A stretch of DNA of 64,000 nucleotides, from the NCBI GenBank assembly GCA_031180665.1, contig JAPSLP010000001.1, forward strand, positions 295,259-359,258. Direction: 5' to 3'. A model generated the notes under the pieces. That model was not told where the DNA came from. It was given only the letters and a program-made list of their open reading frames with translations, and made no database searches. A program made the position numbers and the translations under genes. Source of the stretch: Cupriavidus sp. Its GTDB lineage: Bacteria; Pseudomonadota; Gammaproteobacteria; Burkholderiales; Burkholderiaceae. Position 1 is the stretch's first letter. Each line of letters begins with the position of its first letter. Shown here one piece after another: positions 1 to 9,449 of the stretch.

Positions 1-560
1 GCATCGTATTCGGCGTGCCCGTATCGGCGGATTGCCGCCAGCATCCCGCGCAGCGGCGCCAATGCCCGCCGCGCCGACCAGCCGATGCCGGCGAACAGCA
101 GCACGCTGTACAGCATCAACGTAGCCAGTTGGCCGGCAAAGGTGTTCAGCGCCTCGCTTTCCTCGCTGCGCGGGTTCCAGTCCAGCGTCACGCGGTATCC
201 GGCGCCATCGGCCGCGGGGATGGTCCACGACGCGGCCGGCTCGCCGGGCGCCTCGCTGCCGGCCGGCACGGCCTGCGGGACCAGGACCACGCCGCGATCG
301 TCCCGCAGTGTCAGCTGCAGATGGCGCAGCGCGCCGGAGGCGGCGATATCCCGCAAGGCGCGCAAATGTCCGTCGCGCGCTTCCGCGTGATCGGCCTGCA
401 GTCCGGCGAGATGCCGAAACATTCTGGCCGTGGCATCGGCGCCGCGTCGTTCGCTGCGGATATCGCCGGCGGCGGTGGCCAGCGCGAACAGCGTGGCGAC
501 GATCAGGCTGAGCACCGCGATCGGCGCGGCCCGAAGCAGAAGGTGGCGGGACAGGGGCAT
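1..560 (-). CDS. Membrane sensor histidine kinase, N-terminal part (MoxY/PedS2-like periplasmic domain, TM, start of HAMP); runs off the left edge
   Basis: Not in the ORF track. Manual translation from ATG 560 (GAGGAG RBS upstream) is open to the edge: MPLSRHLLLRAAPIAVLSLIVATLFALA...DIRSE...LRHLQLTL...WNPRSEESEA...LLFAGIGWSARRALAPLRGMLAAIRRY. Two TM segments followed by a HAMP-like start. Confidence 0.65.
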   Translation of the reverse strand, partial: MPLSRHLLLRAAPIAVLSLIVATLFALATAAGDIRSERRGADATARMFRHLAGLQADHAEARDGHLRALRDIAASGALRHLQLTLRDDRGVVLVPQAVPAGSEAPGEPAASWTIPAADGAGYRVTLDWNPRSEESEALNTFAGQLATLMLYSVLLFAGIGWSARRALAPLRGMLAAIRRYGHAEYD

Positions 561-757
561 GGCAGTGCGTCTCCTCGTATTCGTCGAGGCGGCCCGGCGC
601 TCTGGTGGCGTGGCTGCGTGGCGCGACGATCCCGGCACGGCAGGGACCGACCTTGTCCTCAGGTCGGGAGTTTTTCCCGGCCGTCGGGGTACGGAACCTG
701 CTCGACGGGATCGTGCGGCCCGACAGAGGTCCGCTCGATACCAGGAGGAGATGCAAG

Positions 758-3196
758 ATGTCAGCCAACCGGACCGCTGCGGCCCCCGGCGGCCAGCGCG
801 CGGCCACCGCAGCGCGCCGCGCGGGGTCCCCCGTGCCCCGCGCCATCGCCATGGCCTGTGCGATCGCCCTGTTCGGCGCCGGACGCGCTGTTGCACAACA
901 GGGCAACACTGTGTCACTACGGGACAGTTCGCTGCCGACGGTCACCATCGTTGCCGCCGCGCCGCTGCCCGGCATCGGCGTGGAACGCGATGCCTTGCCC
1001 TATTCCGTGCAGAGCGCCGACGGCGAGGCAGCGACGGGCCCGCGCGCGGGCAATCTGGTCGAATACCTGAGCCGCAATCTGGCCGGCGTCAACGTCAACG
1101 AGATCCAGGGCAGCCCGTTCCAGGCCGACGTGACCTATCGCGGCTTTCGCGCGTCGTCCATCCTCGGCGTGCCGCAGGGCCTGTCGGTCTATCTGGACGG
1201 TGTCCGTGTCAACGAGCCGTTCGGCGACGTGGTCAACTGGGACATGATCCCGGAAGCCGCGCTGGACAATATCGCGCTGGTGTCGGGCTCAAACCCGGCG
1301 TACGGCCTCAACACGCTCGGCGGCGCGCTGGCGCTGACCACCAAGTCCGGCCTGACCTCCCAGGGCTTCGGCGCCGACCTGTCCTACGGCAGCGGTGCCC
1401 GCAAGCGTGCCGATCTGTCCTTCGGCGCGCGCAGCGATGACGGCTGGCACGGCTTCATCGCCGGCACGCTGTTCAAGGAGAACGGCTGGCGCGACCATTC
1501 CGATGGGCGGCTGGGCAACCTGTTCCTGAAGGCCGGCCGCAGCAGCGGGGCGACCGAGTGGGACGTGTCGCTGCTGCACGGCAGCAGCCGGCTGGTGGGC
1601 AACGGCCTGGTACCGGACCGTCGGCTCGACGGCAACGCAGTGGTGCCCGACCTGTACGCCGCCAACCGGCGCGCAGTGTTCACCTATCCGGACCAGACGC
1701 GCAACCGCGTCACGCAGGTCATGCTCAACGGCAGCCACTGGCTCGACGACACGACCCGGATCTCCGCGATGGCCTATGTCCGCCACAGCCGGCGCGACAC
1801 CGTCAACGGCGACGTCAGCGAGGACTACGCCGAGTACGCGGAGGCCTGCGAGGATGGCTTCGATCCGGACGGCTCGCCGATCGACGACGACTGCGGCCAT
1901 ACGCGCGAACAGGGCGCCGCGTTGCATCCGGCCGTGCTGAACACCACCCATACCCGCCAGCGGGGCGAGGGCGTTGCGCTGAGCGTGGCCAAGGAGCTGG
2001 GCGCGCACCGCCTCAATATGGGCGTGACCTTCGACGCCAACCGCGTGCGCTACGCGCAGTATGAGCAGGAAGCGCTGCTGAGCGCCGACCGCGGCGTGGC
2101 CGCCGCGCCAGGGTCCGACGTCGAACTGTTCTCGGGCGCCCATGGCAAATCGCGTGCGATCGGGCTGTATCTGGCCGATCTGTGGGCGCTGACGCCGACC
2201 ACGCATCTGAACCTGTCGGCACGCTGGAACCGGCTCAAGGTCACCAGCACGCTGATCGACAGCGACGGCAGCGACAAGCCGACGGAGCGCTTCACCTACA
2301 GCAAGCTCAATCCCGCGATCGGCGTGACCCAGCAGGTCGGTGCCGGGCTGACGCTGTTCGCCAACGCCGCGCAGAGCAACCGCGTGCCGACGGTGATCGA
2401 GCTCGGTTGCGCCGATCCGGCCCAGCCATGCCGCTTGCCCGCCGGCCTGCAGGCCGATCCGTATCTGAAGCAGGTGGTCTCCCGCACCTACGAATTCGGC
2501 GCGCGTTGGCGGCCCTCGCGCGACTTCGAGCTGTCCGGCGCGGCCTACCGCACCGACAATCGCGACGACATCCTGTTCCTGCGCGCGCCGAACAGCCAGC
2601 AGGGCTACTTCTCGAATTTCGATCGGACCCGCCACCAGGGTCTGGACCTGCTGGCCAACTGGCGCCTGGACGCGGTCACGCTGCGGCTCGGCTACAGCTA
2701 CCTGCAGGCCACCTACCAGGCCCACGGCCGCATCCTGGCCGGCGAGCGCACCATCGACGTCCGGCCCGGCATGCGGCTGGCCGGACTGCCACGGCATACG
2801 CTGAAGTTCGGCGCCGACTGGCGCGTGACGCCGTCGTTTGCCGTGGGCGCCGACGTGCTGGCGGTCTCGTCCAGCGTGATCAGCGGCAACGAAGATGGCC
2901 TGGCGAGCGACCCGCGGCCGGGCAGGGCACCGGATGCGCGCCGCTGGGATACCGCAGGTTATGCCACCGTCAATCTGCGCGCCAGCTACCGGGTCAGCAA
3001 GCAGCTCGAGCTGTATGCCCGCATCGACAATCTGTTCGACCGCCGCTATGCCAGCTATGGCCAGCTGGCCGAGAACATCCTGCCGGACGGGCGACTGGTG
3101 CAGCCGCACGTCGCGCCGCAGGATGCGGGGACGTCGCGCTTCATTGCGCCCGGCGCGCCGCGCAGCCTGTTCGTCGGGCTGCGGTACCGGATGTAG
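758..3196 (+). CDS. TonB-dependent outer-membrane receptor
   Basis: AGGAGGAG RBS before ATG 758; signal peptide; plug motifs (YRGF, VYLDGVR, YGLNTLGGAL); beta-barrel strands; C-terminal RIDNLFDRRY...GAPRSLFVGLRYRM. Confidence 0.92.
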   Translation: MSANRTAAAPGGQRAATAARRAGSPVPRAIAMACAIALFGAGRAVAQQGNTVSLRDSSLPTVTIVAAAPLPGIGVERDALPYSVQSADGEAATGPRAGNLVEYLSRNLAGVNVNEIQGSPFQADVTYRGFRASSILGVPQGLSVYLDGVRVNEPFGDVVNWDMIPEAALDNIALVSGSNPAYGLNTLGGALALTTKSGLTSQGFGADLSYGSGARKRADLSFGARSDDGWHGFIAGTLFKENGWRDHSDGRLGNLFLKAGRSSGATEWDVSLLHGSSRLVGNGLVPDRRLDGNAVVPDLYAANRRAVFTYPDQTRNRVTQVMLNGSHWLDDTTRISAMAYVRHSRRDTVNGDVSEDYAEYAEACEDGFDPDGSPIDDDCGHTREQGAALHPAVLNTTHTRQRGEGVALSVAKELGAHRLNMGVTFDANRVRYAQYEQEALLSADRGVAAAPGSDVELFSGAHGKSRAIGLYLADLWALTPTTHLNLSARWNRLKVTSTLIDSDGSDKPTERFTYSKLNPAIGVTQQVGAGLTLFANAAQSNRVPTVIELGCADPAQPCRLPAGLQADPYLKQVVSRTYEFGARWRPSRDFELSGAAYRTDNRDDILFLRAPNSQQGYFSNFDRTRHQGLDLLANWRLDAVTLRLGYSYLQATYQAHGRILAGERTIDVRPGMRLAGLPRHTLKFGADWRVTPSFAVGADVLAVSSSVISGNEDGLASDPRPGRAPDARRWDTAGYATVNLRASYRVSKQLELYARIDNLFDRRYASYGQLAENILPDGRLVQPHVAPQDAGTSRFIAPGAPRSLFVGLRYRM

Positions 3197-3269
3197 CGCG
3201 CACGCGCAGGGCGGCGGGGCGTGGAGCCAATGTGCTAGGCTCCCGCACTTTGCACTGGACGCCATCGCC

Positions 3270-4031
3270 ATGCAGCCGTCGCTCGCCGCCTTTCGTGCCG
3301 CGCTTGCCAGTTTCGTCAGTTCCCGCGCCCTCAAGCTCGCCCTCGGCCCGGTCGTGGTGCTGCTGATCGCCGGCGCCATCTTTCTCGGCCTGCCGCTCGT
3401 CATGCTGATGACCGGCGTCGTGCCGCCCTGGGTTCAGGCGCTGTACGGCGGCTCAGGCGGGGTTGCCCAGACGCTGCTGGTGGTGCTGTACCAGCTCGCG
3501 CTGATCCTGTTGGTCGCGCTGTGGTCGATGCCGGGCGCGGTGGCACAGATCGGAGCCGATTACCCGGCGGCCAGCCCGTCTGCTGACGCGATGCCCGGCC
3601 TGCGCGGCGCAATGGCGCACTACATCGGCACCTATATCGTGCTGTGCGCGCTGATCCAGTTCCTCGGCACGGCGCCGCTGCTGTACGGCGTGGCCAACCT
3701 TGCGGCCCAGGGCTGGCTGGCGATGCGGCTGATGCCGTATCTGGCGTTGCGCAAGCGCGCATCGGCCAGCGAATTCGCCGCACTGACCAAACGCTGGCGC
3801 CTGCCGTTCGCCGGCGTGGCGATCGTGGGGGTCGTCCTCAGCGGCCTGATCGCCGCGGCCATCTCGGCGGCGATCGCGCTGCTGTTGCCCGGTCCGGCGG
3901 CCTTCGCCGGCGTCACCATCGGCCGTGTGCTCGGCATGCTGTTTGTCGTTTACTGGTTCGCCCATCTGTCGCTGCGGGCGCTGGCCGCCGTGCGTGGCGA
4001 TGCGCCGGGCGGCCGGCCCGCGCTGCCGTAA
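3270..4031 (+). CDS. Multi-pass membrane protein (possibly EI24/CysZ-like)
   Basis: Five to six hydrophobic segments; host-like codon usage; start at MQPSLAAF. Family is a guess. Confidence 0.55.
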   Translation: MQPSLAAFRAALASFVSSRALKLALGPVVVLLIAGAIFLGLPLVMLMTGVVPPWVQALYGGSGGVAQTLLVVLYQLALILLVALWSMPGAVAQIGADYPAASPSADAMPGLRGAMAHYIGTYIVLCALIQFLGTAPLLYGVANLAAQGWLAMRLMPYLALRKRASASEFAALTKRWRLPFAGVAIVGVVLSGLIAAAISAAIALLLPGPAAFAGVTIGRVLGMLFVVYWFAHLSLRALAAVRGDAPGGRPALP

Positions 4032-4068
4032 GCCCAAGGCGATCGGCGCGGGCCGTGGCGCCGCCCGT

Positions 4069-6432
4069 TCAGGGACGGTTGTTCCGGATCAGCGCGCCGG
4101 GCGGCCCGCTCGAGCCCCCGAACCAGGGCTCGACCCGCGCCTGGTTCTGCTCGACCAGTATCGAATAGTTGTCCTTGAAGCTGTTCGGGAAAAAGATCAT
4201 GCCGGGGCTCGCAACGCGATTGCCGCGCACCAGGATGCCGGACAGCGTCGCGCCCGGCATGCCTTGCACGGCCAGCCCGCGCGTGACGTTGCGCAGCGCG
4301 GTGCGCATCACGAAGACCGGGTCGCCATCCTCGGCGACGGTGTTATCCAGGCAATCGATATTGAAGGTCGGCAGATAGGTGTTGTCGCCATAGGGCCCAT
4401 AGGCCGCGATGGCAATGCCGTCGCCGGCGTTCATATTGAAGTTGTGGTCGATCACGCTGTCGAACACGCCGCCGAAGAACAGGATCGAATTCAGCGCACG
4501 GCCATGCATGTTGCGGAACTCGTTATAGCTGACGGTAATGCGCAGATAGCCCGTGGTGATGTTGATGACCGAGGACGAATCGGGCACCACGTCCCATGGC
4601 GCCGCCAGCTCCAGCACGCGGCCCTTGATCGATTTCAGATGCCGGTACTGGCCGACGCCCGTGCCGGCCACGATGGACATCAGCACGTTCTCCGGATTGC
4701 TGGTACCGACCATGTCCCAGTTCGGATCGCGCGCCAGCGTCACCGTACCTGCCGAACTCGCCGCGATCCTGCCCAGATAGGCGCCGCCGCCGCCGTCCGT
4801 CGTGAAGAACTGGTTGGTCGGCGTGTAGGTCATGTTGCGGAACAGGTTGTAGCCCAGATAGAAGTTGCGGGTGGCATTGGCCGTGGTGCCGCTGATCATC
4901 GGCCGGCTGGCGCCGATCACCACGCCTTCGTTGATCTCGTCCTGCGCGCCGAACAGGTTCTTGGTGACGACCACGTTCTGGCTGTTGGCGATGCCGTAGT
5001 CGCCTTTGGTCGCCCGATTGCCGGTGATCAGCACGCCGTCGCCGTAATCGATGGACAGCGTCTTGCGCGCGCTCAAGGTCGAGTTGACGATGCGCAGGTC
5101 CGGGCCGGAGATCTTGATCAACTGCGCGCCTTCCGCGCCGTTGGTGTAATCGGCCGAGACGACGAAGTTGACCCGCTGGATCAGGATATGGCCATGCGTG
5201 CGCGGATCGCTGCCGAGATCGGCGGCCCGCAGCATCGTTTCGCGATGCGGCGCGCGCAGCGTCAGCGAGGCCACGCCGAAATGGCTTTCGCCCGTGATCC
5301 ACGATGGGGGCGTCGCGGCGGCGCTGTTCGCCTTGCCGAGCAGGGTAGTCGCGTCCTCCGATTCGCCGACCAGATACTGATAGCGGCGCAAGGCGATCGT
5401 CTTCGAAATGGCGAATTGCCCGGCTGGCAACTTGAAAACGGTGCGCACGCCGTTGCTGCGGTTCCTGTCGAGACAGGCTTGCAGGGCCGAAGCGTTGTCG
5501 GTCACGCCATCGCCGGCCAGTCCCGGGCACGACACCACCGCGGGCGGTTTTGGCGCGGGCTGGATGCGAATCGGCACCGGCAGCGCGGCGGTCAGGTCCC
5601 TTTGCGGGGAGCCGAGCCAGACGTGATAAGCGCCGGGCGCCATGCCGGCGGGCACGCCGGCCACCAGCGCCGTATCGTCCGCGTGCTCGACGGTCAGCGG
5701 ATACAGCCGGTTGTCGGCCGATTGCAGATAGGCTTCCTTGCTGCCGTTGAAGTTCTTGCCGAACAGCCGCAGCTTGCCGCCCGCTTCCGCGCCGCAGCTG
5801 ACCAGTTCGTGGGCGGGCGCCTCCAGGCTGGAATCGGTGTCGGGCGTGCCGAGGATCCACTGGATTTCCGGCCGATTGACGATGCCTTCGAGCGCCGGCA
5901 CCGCGCGATCCTGGTCCTCGATGCGGTAGGCGTAGGGGCCGTATTTCAGATTGGCCGGGATCGTGAAGGTCAATCCCGTCGAGCTCATATTGACGGCCGG
6001 CACCGTGATCGCGCTGGCGCGGACCGCACTGCGCCAGTCGCTGATCCCGGAGGTCAGCGCCACCAGACGCACGGTCTTGCGGTTGGCCGTAAAGGCGCCG
6101 CTCATCAACACGCTGTGGCCGGGCCGGTTCTCCCGGGAGGTCCAGAAAACGGCGTTCTTCTCGTAGACCGGATCGCTGTCCGGCCGCATCCGGTTGACGT
6201 CGACGAACACTGCGCGCTTGCCGCTGCCGGTGTCGCCGTTCCTGCCGATCATCGGGTTGGTGCACCCGCTGAGTGTGCCGACTTCGGTGATGGGTGCCAC
6301 CGGCGTGCCCGCCGCGACCGCGGGCGCGGACGCCCCCCTGGGCTCGGCGCCGCCGGCCACTGCCTGCCAGCAGCCGAACAGCGCCAATGCGGCTGTCAAC
6401 AGGCGCTGTCGAAAGCGAAACGCTGGTGTCAT
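4069..6432 (-). CDS. Secreted pectate-lyase-like right-handed beta-helix protein with N-terminal Ig/IPT-like domains
   Basis: Signal peptide MTPAFRFRQRLLTAALALFGCWQAVAG; GLAGDGVTDNASALQACLD...VFKLPAGQFAIS is the classic Pectate_lyase_3 cap; Asn/Ile-rich repeats follow. Confidence 0.75.
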   Translation of the reverse strand: MTPAFRFRQRLLTAALALFGCWQAVAGGAEPRGASAPAVAAGTPVAPITEVGTLSGCTNPMIGRNGDTGSGKRAVFVDVNRMRPDSDPVYEKNAVFWTSRENRPGHSVLMSGAFTANRKTVRLVALTSGISDWRSAVRASAITVPAVNMSSTGLTFTIPANLKYGPYAYRIEDQDRAVPALEGIVNRPEIQWILGTPDTDSSLEAPAHELVSCGAEAGGKLRLFGKNFNGSKEAYLQSADNRLYPLTVEHADDTALVAGVPAGMAPGAYHVWLGSPQRDLTAALPVPIRIQPAPKPPAVVSCPGLAGDGVTDNASALQACLDRNRSNGVRTVFKLPAGQFAISKTIALRRYQYLVGESEDATTLLGKANSAAATPPSWITGESHFGVASLTLRAPHRETMLRAADLGSDPRTHGHILIQRVNFVVSADYTNGAEGAQLIKISGPDLRIVNSTLSARKTLSIDYGDGVLITGNRATKGDYGIANSQNVVVTKNLFGAQDEINEGVVIGASRPMISGTTANATRNFYLGYNLFRNMTYTPTNQFFTTDGGGGAYLGRIAASSAGTVTLARDPNWDMVGTSNPENVLMSIVAGTGVGQYRHLKSIKGRVLELAAPWDVVPDSSSVINITTGYLRITVSYNEFRNMHGRALNSILFFGGVFDSVIDHNFNMNAGDGIAIAAYGPYGDNTYLPTFNIDCLDNTVAEDGDPVFVMRTALRNVTRGLAVQGMPGATLSGILVRGNRVASPGMIFFPNSFKDNYSILVEQNQARVEPWFGGSSGPPGALIRNNRP

Positions 6433-6655
6433 GGCTCCCCCGGTTTGCCTTCCAATGGCCGACTCGCTATTGAAGCGGCAAAGTCCAGCCATGGACCGTT
6501 CGAAACGGCACATAAGCCGTCGCTGTACGTCGGGAAGCAGGTTCGGGCGTGATATCGGTGGTCTGGGTGCGAATGAACGACGGACGCGCGCAGCTTAAAG
6601 CAGACCTTGATCGAATGCAGTGCAATACCGCGGTACCCCACCGAGGAGCGCCAAC

Positions 6656-7083
6656 ATGTTTTTCGTGTCACCCGAAATTGTCAGTGCGGTGATGGCGCTT
6701 TCACCGCCTTGCGTCTCCTTGGCCGAATTGGACACCGTCATACGTACCGGTCTACCAATGGCGGCCCTGCGAAGCGCACGACACGTATCGCCCCTTTATC
6801 GGATCATGAGCGGCATGCTTTGATATCCCGCATTGCTCCCAACGGGACTGGCAGGCGCGGGAACGAAGTACTGACTGCCAATGAGTCGGAAAAGACGGAG
6901 CGACTGGCGCGTATTTTCGCTACAGCCGCTTTAGTTTGGGGGGACGAAGATGACGCACGGGAATTACTGTCTACGGCTCACCCCCTTCTCAGAGGCACCA
7001 GGCCGCTCGACTGGCCATGACGGAGGTAGGGGCGAGGCGCGTGCAGGAGCTTCTCTGCAAGCTTTACTTTGGCATAGCAACTC
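6656..7083 (+). pseudogene. Degraded Xre/MbcA/ParS-type antitoxin (at least two frameshifts)
   Basis: GAGGAG then ATG 6656. Pieces in three frames: SLAELDTVIRTGLP, ESEKTERLARIFATAALVWGDEDDARELLSTAHPLLRGTRPLD, LAMTEVGARRVQELLCKLYFG. Confidence 0.7.
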
Positions 7084-7120
7084 GATGGCGGGCCCGTTTC
7101 CGGGCCGCATCCAATTGGCG

Positions 7121-8122
7121 TTACTCCGCCGAAATCTTCGCCCGCTTCACCACCTCGCCATAGCGCTGCAGGCGATCGGCCATCATGCGTTCGAAGGCGG
7201 CGGGGGCCATGTCTTCCGGCGGCACCACGCCGCGCGAGCGCAGGGCGGCCTGCATCGCGGGATCGCTGGCCGCCTTGCGCACGGCCTGGTAAATCTTCTG
7301 CACCACCGGTTGCGGCGTGCCGGCCGGTGCGGCGATGCCGGTCCACGAGCTCAGGTTCAGCTCCGGATGGCCCAGCTCGGCCAGCGTCGGCACGTCGGGC
7401 AGCTGCTCGAGCCGCTGCTCGGAGGCGACCGCCAGCGCGCGCACTTTGCCGTCCTTGACGTGCGGCAGCATGATGACGAGGTTATCCAGGATGAACTGCA
7501 CCTCGTTGCTCAGCACCGCCGTGATCAGCTGCGAGCCGCCGCGGTAGGGAATATGGGTGGCGACCGCGCCGGTGCTGGCCTTGAACATTTCGACGTTGAG
7601 CTGGCCCATGCTGCCGACACCGCCGCTGCCGTAATCGAGCTTGCCGGGGTTCTTCTTCGAATAGGCGATGAACTCGGCGAAGGTGCGCACCGGCAGGCTG
7701 GAGTGCACGACCAGTGCATTGGGCTGGCGGCCGAGGATCGCGATGTTCTCGAAGTCCTTGATCGGGTCGTAGCCGATGCGCGGCTGCGTCAGCGGATTGG
7801 CCAGGTGGCTGCTCTGCGACGACACGACCAGCGTGTAACCGTCGGGCTTGCTGCGGGCCACGACCTGCGTCGCCACCGAGCCGCCTGCGCCGGGACGGTT
7901 GTCGACGACGACCGGCACACCGAGAATGCGCGACAGCGGCTCGGAATACTGGCGCGCCATGATGTCGACCGATCCGCCGGGCGGGAAGGGGACCACCAGC
8001 GTGATGGGGCGCGCCGGCCAGTTTTCCTGCGCCATGGCGCCTAGCGGCGCGGCGGCGGCAATGGCGGCGGCGCTCAGGCCAAGTCCAACGAAGCGGCGGC
8101 GGGTGAAGGGCTGGTTCTGCAT
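7121..8122 (-). CDS. Bug/TctC tripartite tricarboxylate transporter substrate-binding protein
   Basis: Tat-like signal TRRRFVGLG; WPARPITLVVPFPPGGSVD, VVDNRPGAGG, PYRGG motifs. Confidence 0.93.
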   Translation of the reverse strand: MQNQPFTRRRFVGLGLSAAAIAAAAPLGAMAQENWPARPITLVVPFPPGGSVDIMARQYSEPLSRILGVPVVVDNRPGAGGSVATQVVARSKPDGYTLVVSSQSSHLANPLTQPRIGYDPIKDFENIAILGRQPNALVVHSSLPVRTFAEFIAYSKKNPGKLDYGSGGVGSMGQLNVEMFKASTGAVATHIPYRGGSQLITAVLSNEVQFILDNLVIMLPHVKDGKVRALAVASEQRLEQLPDVPTLAELGHPELNLSSWTGIAAPAGTPQPVVQKIYQAVRKAASDPAMQAALRSRGVVPPEDMAPAAFERMMADRLQRYGEVVKRAKISAE

Positions 8123-8174
8123 GATCGGGAAGGCAGGATTGAAAAGGAATTCGTTCGATGGCGGCACATGCCGC

Positions 8175-9335
8175 TCATTGCAGTCCGAGGACGGCAAGCG
8201 CCAGGGCCTGTGCCCGCGGCACGAAGGTGGAGAGTTCGCAGTATTCGCGCTCGGTATGCGGATGGCCGCCGACCGGCCCGGTGCCGCACAGCGTCGGCGT
8301 ACCGGCCGAGCTGGTCAGGCCGCTGTCGGCCGCGCCACCGGTGAACTCGCCCTCGACGGTGAAGCCGACGCGTTCGGCGCTGCGCTGATAGAGCGAGAGC
8401 AGGGCTTCTGGCGTCGTCGCCATCGGCATCGTGCGGCGCATGTCGGTGATGCGCCCGCGCGTACGGGGAATCGACTCGGCTTCGACGATCTCGCGAATCC
8501 GGCCGTACAGCGCGTCCATATCGGTATCGGCGGTGAAGCGCACATCGAGCTGCGCCTTGGCGTGCGGCGCGACCATATTCGGCACGATGCCGCCCTGTAT
8601 GCAGCCGACATTGGTGGTGACGCCCGACGCGGCATCGGTCAGGGCATGCAGTTCCAGGATCTTGCGTGCCAACGCGTCGATCGCGCTGGCGCCATGGGCA
8701 TGGTTGATGCCGGAATGCGCCGCCACGCCGTCGACCTCGAACTCGACCACCATCGAGCCCTTGCGGCCTGTCACCAGGTTGCCGCTGACGCGGCCTGGCT
8801 CGGCATTGAAGACGGCGCGCACTTCGCGGGCAACCGCCATGATCCGCTCGCGCGTCGCAGGCGAACCGATCTCCTCGTCGCACGAGAAGAACAGCCGCAG
8901 CGGCGGCGCCTGGCGGCCCAGCCGCGCCAGCGCCTGCGCAACGAACACATTGAGCACCAGGCCGGATTTCATGTCGGCGACGCCGGGACCGTAGGCGCGC
9001 CCGTCCTCGACGCGGAAGGGCCGCCTGGCCACGGTGCCTTCGGGGTAGACCGTATCCATATGTCCCATCAGCAGGACCGGCAGGCCCTCCCCGGAGCCCG
9101 GCACCTGCGCATCGAGGCAAACGCCGTATCCGGGCACGGCATCCAGACGCACGGCGATGCCGGCGGCTTCCAGATGCGCGCGCAGGACCTCGGCGACGGC
9201 CTGCACGCCCGCTTCATGGCGGCTGCCGCTGTCGATGTCGACGATCTTCTGCAGCAAGTCCTGCATCGCCTGGCTCTGGCTGTGCAGCCAGTCCAGCAGC
9301 GCCTGCGCGCCGTGGGCTACTTCTCTATCCTGCAT
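8175..9335 (-). CDS. M20 family metallopeptidase (glutamate carboxypeptidase-like)
   Basis: LMGHMDTVY, GPGVADMKSG, DEEIGS, GGAADS motifs. Confidence 0.9.
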   Translation of the reverse strand: MQDREVAHGAQALLDWLHSQSQAMQDLLQKIVDIDSGSRHEAGVQAVAEVLRAHLEAAGIAVRLDAVPGYGVCLDAQVPGSGEGLPVLLMGHMDTVYPEGTVARRPFRVEDGRAYGPGVADMKSGLVLNVFVAQALARLGRQAPPLRLFFSCDEEIGSPATRERIMAVAREVRAVFNAEPGRVSGNLVTGRKGSMVVEFEVDGVAAHSGINHAHGASAIDALARKILELHALTDAASGVTTNVGCIQGGIVPNMVAPHAKAQLDVRFTADTDMDALYGRIREIVEAESIPRTRGRITDMRRTMPMATTPEALLSLYQRSAERVGFTVEGEFTGGAADSGLTSSAGTPTLCGTGPVGGHPHTEREYCELSTFVPRAQALALAVLGLQ

Positions 9336-9400
9336 GGGGTTCCTGTTCGCGGCGGTGGACCGTTCGCGATAAAAGACGGATGAAGCCCGCTGTGAAACGG

Positions 9401-9439
9401 GTATTGCAATAGTGGTATCATCATGCAATACGTATTGCA
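9401..9439. promoter_or_regulatory. Candidate RpiR operator (three GTATTGCA/TGCAATAC half-sites)
   Basis: GTATTGCA at 9401-9408 and the perfect palindrome TGCAATACGTATTGCA at 9424-9439, in the gap between divergent genes. Confidence 0.5.
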
Positions 9440-9449
9440 GGGTGTCAAT

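Noticed and set aside
3925-6552. 875-aa + strand ORF
   Set aside because: Antisense shadow of the beta-helix gene, an artefact of GC-rich codon bias; no motifs.
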